Part shown: piece after piece, positions 14,348 through 27,756 of the stretch
How the letters are laid out: each line of letters starts with the position of its first letter
How positions within the stretch are numbered: position 1 is the first letter of the stretch
Source of the DNA: Octopus vulgaris
Taxonomy: Eukaryota
NCBI GenBank assembly: GCA_951406725.2
Contig: OX597827.1
Coordinates: 16,926,001-16,990,000 of the forward strand
Length of the DNA stretch: 64,000 nt
Direction: 5' to 3'
Notes under the pieces: model-generated
Databases searched by the model: none
The model's input: the letters and a program-made list of their open reading frames with translations, nothing else
Told to the model about the DNA's origin: nothing
Position numbers and translations under genes: made by a program

Positions 14348-14762
14348 GGCGCAGGAGTGGCTGTGTGGTAAGTAGCTTGTTTACCAACCACAAGGTTCCG
14401 GGTTCAGTCTCACTGCGTGGCACCTTGGGCAAGTGTCTTCTACTATAGCCTGGGCCCGACCAAAGCCTTGTGAGTGGATTTGGTAGACGGAAACTGAAAG
14501 AAGCCCGTCGTATATATGTATATATATGTATATATATGTGCATGTGTGTGTTTGTGTGTCTGTGTCTGTCCCCCTAGCATTGCTTGACAACCGATGCTGG
14601 TGTGCTTATGTTCCCGTCACTTAGCGGTTCGGCAAAAGAGACTGATAGAATAAGTACTGGGCTTACAAAAGAATAAGTCCTGGGGTCGAGTTGCTCGATT
14701 AAAGGCGGTGCTCCAGCATGGCCGCAGTCAAATGACTGAAACAAGTAAAAGAGAGTAAAGAG
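14348..14762 (+). mobile_element. SINE family B, full length
   Basis: Complete head, body and GTAAAAGAG tail. Confidence 0.93.
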
Positions 14763-14823
<61 letters not shown>

Positions 14824-14829
14824 TATATA

Positions 14830-15379
14830 TTAATAAATATAAGGGTAGCAAAAAATTCTAGAAAAAATTCTCCGCCACCAGCGGTCCAGTGATAAACAAA
14901 AGATAGTCAAAGACTATATAATATACATTCAAAAATATAAGGAATGGCCATAATAGGACATTCAACTCACTAGAAAGAGCAGCCAAACTCAAACCGCTAA
15001 TAGTTGTAATTCTGAAATTGAAAGAGAAATAAAAACGTTTACCCTTTCATCTCTGGACTATGCATAGTTTCGGCAAACTTTAGTAAACAAATTAAATTGA
15101 ATTAAATTTATTTACAACTGGCGTGCCTCGTCAGCAGAGAAGCCAAGGACGAACATATATCCACGAGGCAATGGTAAGGAAGCCTCCAGTCTATATGCTA
15201 TAATTTTCAAAATCTACCGCAATCGCGCGGTCTTCTCAGCAGCAAATATAAACTGCTGATTTAATTTCAAAATTAGTCAAAAAGTCATTAATTTCAGAAT
15301 TACAACTATTAGCGGTTTGAGTTTGGCTGCTCTTTCTAGTGAGTCGAATGTCCTATTATGCCATTCCTTATATTTTTGA

Positions 15380-15383
<4 letters not shown>
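14830..15383 (-). mobile_element. Hammerhead element: ~462-nt monomer plus inverted partial copy, inside (TA)n
   Basis: 14926-15018 is inverted at 15291-15382; a second rearranged copy lies at 16124-16455. Confidence 0.8.
15052..15138 (-). ncRNA. Hammerhead ribozyme with canonical core and long stem II
   Basis: tctg-CTGACGA-GGCA...TGCC-GAAAC-TATGCATA-GTC-caga; stem I tctg/caga, palindromic stem III. Confidence 0.8.
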
Positions 15384-15429
<46 letters not shown>

Positions 15430-15438
15430 TATGTGTGT

Positions 15439-16002
15439 AGAAATATTAAAATAACTAAGTCTCTCTAAAGAGAAACGGCAGGTTCCCGGAAAATAATAGT
15501 TATCGCCATACTAATATGGCATTCTTATAAAAATAAGTTTGTGTATCAAATAGCTAACTTAAGGCGATGGCCTCATGGAGCTAATAAGCGGACAGCTTTT
15601 TCTTATTTTATAAGAATATATTATATGGCGATAACTATTATTTTCCGGGAACGCTGTCGCTGTTCTCTTTTAGAGAGACTTAGTTATTTTAATATTTCTA
15701 TTATTGAAAACAAGTGGATGTATTCCACCGAAACTAGGTAAATAAAACCATCGAACAGAGATTGTCGGAAGCGACACCTACTGGCTGGCTACGCTGCATT
15801 GAAAAGGGGCAATACCCCGAAACGCGTCTGTAGCTGCCGGTCAAGTAGTGTGGAGCGACTGACCTCCCTTGTTCGAAGGTTATATGGATACAGTTTGTGT
15901 ATCAAATAGCTAACTTAAGGCGATGGCCTCATGGAGCTAATAAGCGGACAGCTTTTTTCTTATTTTTATAAGAATGCCATATTAGTATGGCGATAACTAT
16001 TA
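15439..16002 (+). mobile_element. Hammerhead element: ~355-nt unit with direct terminal repeat and inverted 5' segment
   Basis: 15538-15641 is repeated at 15893-16001; 15439-15537 is the reverse complement of about 15601-15699. Confidence 0.78.
15793..15834 (+). ncRNA. Minimal hammerhead, U3-A8 variant
   Basis: gctgca-TTGAAAA-GGGG caata CCCC-GAAAC-GC-GTC-tgtagc; 6-bp stem I. Confidence 0.78.
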
Positions 16003-16123
16003 TATATGTGTGTGTTTGTACAAAAATCACATACATTCACATACATACACACGCACACACATGCAAACTCACACACACAAACACACACATATATATTTTA
16101 TATATATATATATATATATATCT

Positions 16124-16455
16124 ATTCAAAAATATAAGGAATGGCGATAATAGGACATTCGACTCACTAGAAAGAGCAGCCAAACTCAAACTGCTAATAG
16201 TTGTAATTCTGAAATTGAAAGAGAAATAAAAACGTTTACCCTTTCATCTCTGGACTTGGCTGCTCTTTCTAGTGAATCGAATGTCCTATTATGGCCATTC
16301 CTTATATTTTTGAATGTATATTATATAGTCTTTGACTATCTTTTCTTTCTCACTGGACCGCTGGTAGCAGAGAATTTTTTCTAGAATTTTTTTGCTACCC
16401 TTATATTTATTAATTAATGATTTTTTGGCTAATTTTGAAATTAAATCAGCAGTTT
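16124..16455. mobile_element. Second, rearranged copy of the 14830 element
   Basis: Direct segment 16124-16256, then an inverted segment that spans the monomer end/start junction. Confidence 0.8.
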
Positions 16456-16459
16456 ACCC

Positions 16460-16536
16460 CCACACTACCTTTACCACCACCACCACCATAATCATCATCA
16501 TCACCATCATCGTCATTACCATCGTCGTCATCATCG

Positions 16537-16578
<42 letters not shown>

Positions 16579-19150
16579 CCACCACCACCACCACCACCAT
16601 CATAATCATCATCATCACTACCACCACCACCACCATCACCACCACCATTATTCATCATCATCATCATCACCACCATTACCACCACCACCACAACTAATAC
16701 CACCAACACCCACACCTACCAATTCCCTACTACCACCACCACCATGAAAGCCTTCACGACGAGAACTACTACTTCCCCTATTAACACCACCACCACAACC
16801 ACCACCACGACCATCTCTTGTCACACTACTACCAAAACGACCTCCTCAACCATCACCACAACCACCGCAACCACCACAACCGTCACTATCATACTATTAC
16901 CAAAACCATCATCCCAACCATCACCCCAACCACTACCACCATCTCTACCACCACCACCACCACAACCACCACAACCACCGCAACCACCACAACCGTCACT
17001 GTCATACTATTACCAAAACCACCATCGCAACCATCACCCCAACCACTACCACCATCACTACCACCACCACCACAACCGTCACAACCACCACAACCACCAC
17101 AACCGTCACTGTCATACTATTACCAAAACCACCATCGCAACCATCACCCCAACCACTATCACCATCACTACCACCACCATCACAATCATCACGACAGTCC
17201 CCCAACCACCACCCAAACTACTACCACTACCCCCCCACCACCACCATCATCAGTATCATCATCGCCTGAAGCAAATCCACTGACGAAGTACAATATCATG
17301 AATAAGCTCAATAAGCATGGCTAATTAAAGGAGAGATTACTTTAATAAATTTAATTAATTAACGATATAATATTGACAAGATTGACACAACACTTTATGA
17401 ATGTTTAATAATTAACCCAAAACTGCTGGCGGACGTGAGGGAGTAAAAGGGGGATAGTTCCTATCAGTTCTCATTAACTCCGGGGGGAAAGAGTTCATAT
17501 ATCACAGTTTCCGATACGGGGTGAGGGTTGGTGGCGATTTATTGGTGTTTTGTCATGACGTTCTTGTTGTTGTTGGTGGTGGTGGTGGGGGTGGTGGTGG
17601 TTGTGGTGCCGGTAGCTTTGGTAATGGTGGTGGCTGTGGTAGTGGTAGTGGCGATGTTGGTAATGGCGGTGGAGGTGGTGGCGATGGCGATGGTGGTGGT
17701 GGTGGAGGTGGTGGTGATGATGGTGGTAGTGGTGTTGGCGACGGTTGTGGTGTTGGTGGTGGCGATGGTGGTGGCGGCGGTGATGATGATGCAGGGGTGG
17801 TTATGGAATTGGTGGTGGTGGCGATGGTGGCGGTGGTGGTGATGATGGTGGTGGTGGTGTTGGCGATGGTTGCGGAGTTGGTGGTGATGGTGGTGGTAGT
17901 GGTGGTGGTGATGATGGTGGTAGTGGTGTTGGCGATGGTTGCGGTGATGGTGGTGGCGATGGTGGTGGCGGCGGTGATGATGGTGCAGGGGTGGTTATGG
18001 TGTTGGTGGTGGTGGCGATGGTGGTGGTGGCGGTGGTGGTGATGATGATGATGGTGGAGGTGATACTGGTGATAATATTGGTGGCGATGGTTGTGGTGGT
18101 GGTGGTGGGGATGTTTATGGTGGTGGTGGTGGTGGTGGTGGAGCTGCTCTGGGAATGCTGTAAAACTGGTGAGGGCGGTGAGCTGGCAGAATCGTTAGCA
18201 TGCCGGGCGAAATGCTTAGCAGTTTTTCGTCTACTGCTACGTTCCGAGTTCAAATTTCGCCGAGGTTGACTTTCCCTTTCATCCTTTCGAGGTCGATAAA
18301 TCAAGTACCAGTTGAGTACTGGGATCGATGTGATCGACTATCCCCCCTCCCCACAAAATCCAGGCCTTGTGCCTATAGTAGAAAAGATGCTGTAAAGCTG
18401 GTGATGGGGATGATAGTGATGATGGTGCTGGCAATTCTAGTGGTTGTGACGATGACGTAGTTGTGTTCGTGGTGATGATGGTGTTGGTGATGGCAGTGCC
18501 TGTGTCGGTCGTGGTTGTGATACTGTTGTAAAGTGGGTTCCTCCCTCTGATGTGATGTTTCATCATCGTCGTACTGTAGTTGCTATTTTACGCTAGTACC
18601 CACAATAGTTACTAGTCATGATGCCACTGTATCTCTTGGTACCGGAATAGTAATGCACTAAATTCTTCTGTCTCACTATCACTGATTGCTCCACAAAACA
18701 CCGACTAGAACTGTCGACTCTCAACTCTTCTACTCTCAACCTTCTCTTGACGACCAGCTATTGGTTTATTTATAATGACTGAGTCCTACCACTTTTTACC
18801 GGGAGAGGTATACAGTTTCACTATACAACAGATAGTAGCAGCTGCATCATGATCATGATGATCATCATCATCATAATCAGCAGCAGAAGCAGTAGTAGTG
18901 GCAATGATGGTGGCGTGTATGTGATTGTAGAGGTGGAGGTAAAAGTGTCGGTGGTAGTGAAAGTGACGGTGATGGTGACATTTGCGGTTGTGGTGATAGT
19001 TGCGGAGGTAGTTCTGATGGTAGTGATAATATTACATGGAGCGACAGTGATAGTCGTAGTGTTGGTTGTAATGGTCATGGTGGTGACCGTGGTAATGGCG
19101 ATGGTGGCGGTATCGGTAGTGATGGTGACTGTGGTGGTTGTGATGGTCGT
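16460..19150. repeat. Degenerate (ACC/ATC)n tract facing an oppositely oriented (GGT/GAT)n tract
   Basis: CAC-rich 16460-17270 (with a ~110-bp higher-order unit x3); GGT-rich 17560-18520 and 18835-19150. Confidence 0.9.
18173..18386 (+). mobile_element. SINE family A monomer
   Basis: TSD ATGCTGTAAA(A/G)CTGGTGA at 18155-18172 and 18387-18404. Confidence 0.92.
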
Positions 19151-19939
19151 CAGATATTTGGGAAAAATTTGTCACAAAAATTCCGATCCTTTGTCCGACA
19201 GTTTTCTCAAAAGAACAAAATGAGAAAACGCGACACACATTTGCCTATCGGAAAGCGGATAGACTTTCAGTCTGCGTCTTAAAGTATCAGTGAACTGGAT
19301 AATATGAATTTAATAGAGGAGTTTGTGAGAGAGGGTTGGAGAACTGTATGTATAATAAACGAAGGAGAAGTGACCGAAGTTATTAAATAACAATGTTAAA
19401 TAATACTCAACTGTCTCAGGAAATCTAATAACTGCAATTCCGTCTCGATTTCAATAACCCTGGTAAGGAGAATTTCTCAGGAGTGTCTTCTGCATGGAGA
19501 AAATGTAGTTAAGTGCAAAATAACATACTGAATTTAATATGCCAGAAGTAATTTTAATCAAATGATATCATACACTTACAAATGAAAATTATTTAATGTT
19601 AAAAGCAATTCTCGTCACGAGGTGAAGAGAGTATCTAAAATGTGTTTAAAATCAAATGGAAATAATCGTGGCTGGTAAGTATATTCATTTGTAGATGAGA
19701 TGACAATTTAGGAAGGAACAGTTAGAATTGCTAAAGTTTTCCCATCAGTGACTTTCTAGTTAGTTGCGGCAAAGGAAAAGTTCATTTTATTATATCCATA
19801 ACTTTGATATATAATTCGTTTATCGGTTCATCTCTTAATTTCTACAAATCCTCGATTAAATAACATTAAATCTTATGATAGATCCTCGATTAAATAACAT
19901 TAAATTTTATGTTAGATCCAAAGCCTTGAATTTAAAAGA

Positions 19940-20310
19940 CGCGTACACTTGATTAAATCGGGCTAATGCTTAAACTGCACTTCATTGTGTCAACCTCGGA
20001 AGAATGAATAGCTAATCCAACTTCGACAGGATTTGAACTCAGAATGTAAAGGCAAGTAGGTAGGTCTATCATGAGCCTTAGGACTCACAAACTTGGAACT
20101 TGTTCCAGTTTCCATCGCGTTTAAGTGACTGAGATTTCAACACTTCCCACCCAACGGAACGCCGCTCCATCGGAAGGTTAAATTTTTCCAGTTTTTACTG
20201 GAACTCATTTACAGCTGAGCGAACTGGAGTGAATTAATATGAAGTATTTTGCTCAATAACACAACATACCTCATGGTCTAGGGATCGAAACCACGATCCC
20301 GCGATCACAG
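19940..20310 (-). mobile_element. Old SINE remnants (A-like fragment, then a tRNA-headed SINE with a C-like tail)
   Basis: GGATTTGAACTCAGAATG fragment; GGGATCGAAACCACGATC B-box-like block; ATGAGCC...ACTCACAA tail similarity. Confidence 0.55.
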
Positions 20311-21369
20311 GTTCTGTAGTCGAAAGTATTGGCTTTGCGCCTTCACTTTAAGAGTCATAAAGAGGCGTATCTAAATTCATCGAGGTATTTTTCATGCTCT
20401 GCCGATTCTTCTATTCTCCCACCTTGCTATGATATTACCCAGAAGAATAGATCATACGATTTTCTAGAAAACAGTAATAATATTCCCCCCAAAAATAACA
20501 CTATTCACTGTGGATCCCTGTTTGAAGATAAAAGATTTCTGGAGAGAAAGGAGAAGCTCCCTTAAGAAAGAAAATTCATTTCTCTATATCTCAACATATT
20601 TTATGCTGATATCTGGATCTCGAGTTATAGATAAGGAGTAAGTTATGACATAATGGCTGACAATAATAGACAGAGCATCGTGACGTAATGGCATAAAGAC
20701 AGCAAGCCAAGGGAACTATTAAAGATAATTAAGAGAATCCAATGAATCAAAATCGCAAAGCGGGGGTTAAGAGGAGAAGGAACGATAAAACAATCATCTT
20801 TCAAGATCGTTACGTCGATAACATCGAACACAAAAGAAAATGTGCCGATAAGAAAATAAGGAATGATTGAATGAACGCGGAATGTGTTGGTAACGGTGTT
20901 GGCGGGTGGTGGAATTGTGAGGTGAAAGAAAGAAAGAAAAAAGAGAAAGAAAGAACGTCGAAATGACAGGCGGAAAATAGGGCCTATCTACAAGTAGTTG
21001 CTGCCAGAGAAACCCATTATTTATCTGTTTAATATCAAAAACCTGTTACCATAAGTTGATTAAAAGTTGATTTTATCCGGCATGACTAAATAAAAGGATA
21101 AACGTGACTATATAAAGACGAAGCATGATTAAAAACAGATAGAGAGAGAATATGGCGGAAACACATTAAATATAAATGGAAAAGGTGCCCAATTGGCCTA
21201 TTTCTTTTGAACGAAGATCAACTATCAACCAAGTATAAAAGAGATAAGTTAATGAAAAATTGGATTTGTCAACTAAAAGACTATTACGAAGAAGGGAAAT
21301 GATTACGATGATGGATGTAAGGAAATGAAATATTATTATAGTATTACAATATAAATATAGTATAGTATA

Positions 21370-21424
<55 letters not shown>

Positions 21425-21574
21425 GTATATATGTGTGTGTGTTTAAATATTTGGTATAAATCATCTAAGTATATTGCAAAAACGGAAGCACAATGCTAAA
21501 TTAAAAAAAGACAAAGACGTTTATGTCTTCTGAGCTATCACAAAGGAATAAATAGAGACCAAAATAAGGCCAGT

Positions 21575-21896
21575 GCAGGCGCAATGGCCCAATGGTTAGG
21601 ACAGCGGACTCGCGGTCGGAGGATCGCGGTTTCGATTCCCAGACCGGGCGTTGTGTGTGTTTATCAAGCGAAAACACCTAAAGGCTCCACGAGGCTCCGG
21701 CAGGAGGTGGTGGCGAACCCTGCTGTACTCTCTCGCTACAACTTTCTCTCACTCTTTCTTCTTGTTTCTTGAGTAACACTGCAATGGACTGGCTTCCCGT
21801 TCAGCTGGTGGGAGGGGGGAACACATGCGCCACAGAAACTGGGAAACCGGGCTCATGAGCCTGGCTAGGCTTGAAAAGGGCGACGTTCTTTTTTTC
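21575..21896 (+). mobile_element. SINE family C (variant tail)
   Basis: tRNA-like head TGGCCCAATGGTTAGGACAGCGGACTCGCGGTCG...TTCGATT; tail GAAACTGGGAAACCGGGCTCATGAGCC. Confidence 0.88.
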
Positions 21897-22010
21897 AATA
21901 AGCCAAAACTTGGTAAAGAATAGGGAAGTAAGGATTTCATATATAAAAACGCGCGCGCACACATACATATACATTCACATATATATATATACACACATAT
22001 ATATATATAT

Positions 22011-22237
22011 AAGGCGCCGAGCTGGCAGAAACGTTAGCACACCGGGCAAAATGCGTTGCCGTATTTCGTCTGCCGTTACGTTCCGAGTTCAAATTCCGCT
22101 GAGGTCGACTTTGCCTTTCATCCTTCCGGGGTCGATAAATTAAGTACCAGTTACACACTGGGGTAGATGTAATCGACTTAATCTCTTTGTCTATCCTTGT
22201 TTTCTCCTCTGTGTTTAGCCCCTTGTGGGTAGTAAAG

Positions 22238-22242
<5 letters not shown>
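22011..22242 (+). mobile_element. SINE family A monomer
   Basis: Full head, body and tail between TA repeats. Confidence 0.9.
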
Positions 22243-22291
<49 letters not shown>

Positions 22292-22481
22292 TCACATGCA
22301 CGGATATACACATATACGTACGCGGTGCATTCCAGAAGTTTTCAGATTATTTTAGGAGAGGCAGTTTTAACAGTCTTCGATTATTGTAAGTTTACTACAA
22401 CGTTATTATACATGCAATAAGCTGACCTGCCGGCTTTTTTGCTGTTCCAGACTGAAGGACACTGCGGTAATAGCGCTCACT

Positions 22482-22932
22482 ATGAACACATTGAAACTCC
22501 GACGTCTGGCAGCTGACTTGGCAGACACCCATAAAATTATCAACCATCGTACAAACAATAACTCTGAGCACTTTTTCAAACTCCACCCATCTAACACCCG
22601 TGGACATATTTACAAAGTAAGAAAACAGCACAGCTCCCACGACTTCAGGAAACATTTTTTCACGCTGAGAGTTGCTGAAGCATGGAACAAACTGCCGGCA
22701 TCGGTTGTTAGTTGTCGGAGCACTGCATCCTTTAAAACTTCCATGCTTCCTGAGAGTCGCCAACACTACACCTGATTTTCTCCCCTCCATACACACACAA
22801 GCATGTATCTGACTCATACACTGTTCGCTTTCCAGACATTTCTACATTACTGCATGTACTTTATATGCACTTTCTGACAAGTTGTGATGCACCTGAGTAC
22901 TGTATACAATAATTTCATTATTATTATTATTT
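22482..22932 (+). mobile_element. 5'-truncated CR1-type LINE (ORF2 C-terminus plus 3' UTR)
   Basis: Peptide TLKLRRLAADL...TRGHIYK...RKHFFTLRVAEAWNKLP...FK, typical of the CR1/L2-group ORF2 end; (ATT)n tail. Confidence 0.88.
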
Positions 22933-23107
22933 TAAATACTACTTGCCACAGCTGAAGAGTTTGCAGGAGGCAGTTGTGAAGTATGGAAACGCCCAATGCA
23001 ATAAAGTTTTGCATGAAACTGGGTGCGTGGGGGTACGCTATGCTCCAGATTAAATGCACTGACATAACACATGACAACAGAAGCAGTAGTAACAATCAGT
23101 AACAACT

Positions 23108-23231
23108 GGGGGCGCAGTGGCCCAAGGGTTAGGGCGGCGGACTCGCGGTCGGAAGATCGCGATTTCGATTTCCAGACCGGGCGTTGTATGTTTATTGAGC
23201 GAAAACACCTAAAGCTCCACGAGGCTCCGGC
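23108..23231 (+). mobile_element. SINE family C, 5' part only
   Basis: Head matches the 21575 copy; truncated at a microsatellite. Confidence 0.85.
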
Positions 23232-23263
23232 TATATATACGCATACATACATACATACATACA

Positions 23264-23550
<287 letters not shown>

Positions 23551-24049
23551 AATATATATATGCAAAACTTTTGTCCATAAATGTTTTCTTTTATTGTAGT
23601 ATGCATTCGCATCGTAGTTTGTTACATATCCTAACATATATTTTGCTGTTTCGCTCATAAAAACACACCTTTGTGGTGTGCTACAGATTTTTATTATTGA
23701 ATCTTACTACTTATCTTTTTTACGTTACAGTTTTTAATTTTATTTTATGTAGTAAGTTTTCTATATTTTAGTATCCCTATTTTCGAGGGGAAATGTATTT
23801 GCAATATCGGTGAAAAGAAATGAAAGTAAAAGAAAGTAATAAATATAAAACTAGTTTTGAAACGACATAGAATTTGACCATTAGTCGGAAACATTCTCGA
23901 ATCAAGAAGCTGCTGTTTAGTAACTATGCAGTAGTGCGCTTTCATGCAACACACACACACACACACACACAGACACACACACACACAAACTCTCACACAT
24001 ACACACACAGACTCACACACACATGTATCCATACATATGTATATATATG

Positions 24050-24086
<37 letters not shown>

Positions 24087-24265
24087 ATTTATATATTCAT
24101 GTACATATAATATAGCTGTACTATCTCTTTTTTACTGCTGGGTGACGTTTTATTATAAAAATATGGAAATAGTGACCTTCCTGGCACTTACAGACTGATG
24201 CCTCGCATCATCCACAATTGCCTTCAATTGCACTTTCAGCAGCATAAGAGAGTATCCTCAGGTTT

Positions 24266-24410
24266 TCAAGACGCAGGGATTTTTATTTTACTCTGCTCGA
24301 TAACTATCTGGGGCACGGATGTTTCTGTCTTTGTCTCACAGCTCTGCTCGGTAGACTTTTTTGTGAGATAATTCATCCAGGCCCTGTTTACTTCAGTTAA
24401 TTTGAGATAG
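24266..24410 (-). CDS. Candidate stop-containing exon (YLKLTEVNRAWMNYLTKKSTEQ...KIKIPAS*)
   Basis: Pyrimidine-rich acceptor gtttcttttcctgaag; 47 open codons in unique sequence. Confidence 0.4.
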
Positions 24411-24693
24411 CTTCAGGAAAAGAAACAATACCGGAAACTATTTTTTTCTCAGAACAACCCAAAATGTGTTTGTACGCGATTGTGTGTGCAGTTGAGTATC
24501 GTTGTGTGTTTGAATGTGAGTGTGACAGAGAAAGAGAGCGCATATGTGTTTTTGTATGTGCGTGTGTACTTGTGTGCGCATGTGTGTGAATGCACGCGCG
24601 AGTATATGTGAATGTCTGTGTGCAAGTTTGCGTGTGTCACTGCCGTTATTCGTAACATACATTGAATCGTTGAAATTGTCCAAAACAATGCTA

Positions 24694-25093
24694 TCTTTAT
24701 ATATAAAAGTGAAGTTGTGTGTCTGTCTCCTACGATTTAGATTCCTAACTACTCCCACATTTTGCGGTGCAATTTAACCAAAACCGGGTATCTTATAGTC
24801 GTCGTGATTCATATCGAGCCCTTCTGGGTATTAGTGCGCGTCTACGATGAGTTACGATTAAAAAAAAAAAATTACCATCATTTTTTCCATTTTAATGCAT
24901 TTTTTCGCTATTATATAAGGGAAGTAACTCTCTAAAAATGTCTACGATGAGTCAACGATTTAAAAAAAAATTACCATAATTTTTTATTCCATTTTTAATG
25001 CATTTTTTTGCTATTTTTTTGCTATAACTCACTAAAAATGCTTATATAGTTATTTCCCTTACAAACCCGAGCAACGCCGGGCGATACTGCTAG
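24694..25093 (+). mobile_element. Non-autonomous Helitron-like element
   Basis: A|TC start, 3' hairpin CCCG-agcaacgc-CGGG at 25066-25081, CTAG|T end, no TSD, internal duplication. Confidence 0.85.
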
Positions 25094-25149
25094 TAACAAA
25101 TAAAGCAATAACAATTAACTGAATAATTATAACAACAAAATTACTCAAT

Positions 25150-26445
25150 AGGGTGGAAACCCCGCACAGATGCGATCAAGGAACTCCGCAGGTCTGTGGT
25201 CACCCAGCACACCTGGAGTGCTAAGTCAAGCGTTTCTCATTCCTCCGTACATTTCAGTCTACAGACGCATGCTTAGATTAGAGTAATTCGCTCGGGTCCT
25301 TCTCACTGCATACACCCACCTTTTTACAAACTTACTAGGGGGAAGCACATGCCGACCCACCTTCACTTCCCGTTCCAGGTGGAACTTGAAAATTTGGCGA
25401 GGGCTTGGTCGAAAAAGAAATTATCTCTCCTCAGTATTTTCAGTCTCGTTCAACGTTACATTGTCTTCCACCGTGGTGCACTTCTCGTTCAAAGGAGAGT
25501 GGTAGGGTGACCTTTTACAGCTGAAACATTGATAGTCGGATGTGTTTGTTTATTCGTTCTCGAGCCATGCCTGGCTCATAAGGGCCGGTTTCCCGGTTCT
25601 CTTGGCGTATAGGTTCCCCACCTGGACGGGACGCCGGTCCGTCGCAGGTGAGCTGCAAGATGCAGGAAGAAAGAGTGAGAGAAAGTTGTGGCGAAAGAGT
25701 CGGCAGAAGTTCGCCATTACCTTTTGCCGGAGCCGCGTGGAGCTTAGGTGTTTCGCTCATAAGCACACACATCGCCCGGTCTGAGATTCGAACCCGCGAT
25801 CCCTCGACTGCGAATCCGCTGACCTAACCACTAGGCCATGTGCCTCCATAGTCGGATGTGTCCCATATTGGATAGTAGTTGTTCACCAGGAAGGTTTCGT
25901 CGTTAGCCCCACTTAGGAATGCAAGGCCAGGGATTGTTGGCAGTTATCCATGGTTCCCAGCCCGAAAGTTTTCCAGCAACTTGATTTTTATCAAGATTTT
26001 CCAAAAGGATGCGGTTGCTCTTACCCACCACTAACTCTCTATAGAAGGCCTTGATGGAACATTCACCAGCGGCACGACCCTCATATAAAAAGGAATGTCA
26101 ACGCATGACTGCGCTGAAAGTGTCGGGCGTCCTGCTTCGGTTTCCGCCTATACATGGGAGCGAGCTGCAGAAAAGCGCGTATAGTAATACAGCGCCCACA
26201 CCTGCTCGCCATCAAAGAAATGCTGGAGGAATTGCAGCCCCAGCACAAGCCTTTACACCATAAACCACTGAATGACCAGTCCTCTGCGCAGCAAATGGAC
26301 CATCCAACCAAGGAAACATGTCACATCCACTGAAATCGGAAGCGGAAACGATCCATTCTCCCACTCGAATGCTGCACACATCTGCTAGCATCAAGCAGTA
26401 TACACCTTCCCAGATCCGTGAAAGACCGATAATAATGAATGCGGT
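25150..26445 (-). mobile_element. Probable decayed LINE remnant (L1/Tx1-like), interrupted by a SINE C
   Basis: GC-rich island; frameshifted minus-strand peptide ~FKFHLEREVKVGRHVLPPSKFVK(R)WV resembles Tx1/L1 ORF2 C-termini. Confidence 0.35.
25546..25847 (-). mobile_element. SINE family C, full length
   Basis: 14-bp TSD ATAGTCGGATGTGT at 25532-25545 and 25848-25861. Confidence 0.94.
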
Positions 26446-26449
26446 AAAA

Positions 26450-26955
<506 letters not shown>

Positions 26956-27756
26956 GACGTCCCGGAGCGTTAGAATTAATATTGAAAAAGAAAGATTTAA
27001 TTTTCTTTTCTATAGAATTAAGTGAATAACTGGCGAGACTGGTTTTGTCCGGAAACGCTGATATATCAGGATGTTCTTGGCTATATATTTTTGTAATTGT
27101 CCAAAATGGATTTTTTCCCTTCTTACATTTTATAGTAATCATTTTGAAAGTCTTTTTCTTTGGCTTTTTTTTTCTACTCCTTTGTAAACTTTACATTCTT
27201 AGTTATCGTTTGGTTTATTTTCTTGTTCATTTTTTCTGTGTCTTACTTTCTAATAATTTCCCGTCTGTCTATATTTGCTGTTTCTTGAAGCGGCAAAATG
27301 GTGGAAATGTAAAGGCGGCCTGACTTCAAACATTTTGCAGCTTTTAGTTTTGCTTTTTTGTTTAGCTTTGTTCTTCTCCATCCTCTCTCTCAGTTCAAAT
27401 CACGTTGCGACTGACCTCAACTCGGATCTTTGTTTCATGGTTTAGTCAAAAGGAGAAAGAGTACCACCCATAAACCTTTGCAAGTTCTTTGAGACTGACG
27501 AAGGAAGAGAAGAACGGAATAAACTACATCTCTGAGGCAGATCATCAACGTATCGAGCTATATCGATATTGATGTGATTCAACTATTGGAAGAGAATGAA
27601 GTTTGCTAAAAGCATCAAACGGCCATATTATGTTAAAGTTAGCGACGGGTCAAGTCGCTATTTTTAACACCACCAAAATAGAAACCAAACCGGGAGGGCA
27701 CCTTTACGTGGTCTGTCATCCTACTAGAAATAGCAGCTAAGTGGTTTTTATATAAA

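Noticed and set aside
16744-17324. Mucin- or extensin-like Pro/Thr/His-rich ORFs
   Set aside because: The ~110-113-bp repeat units shift frame, which is inconsistent with coding constraint
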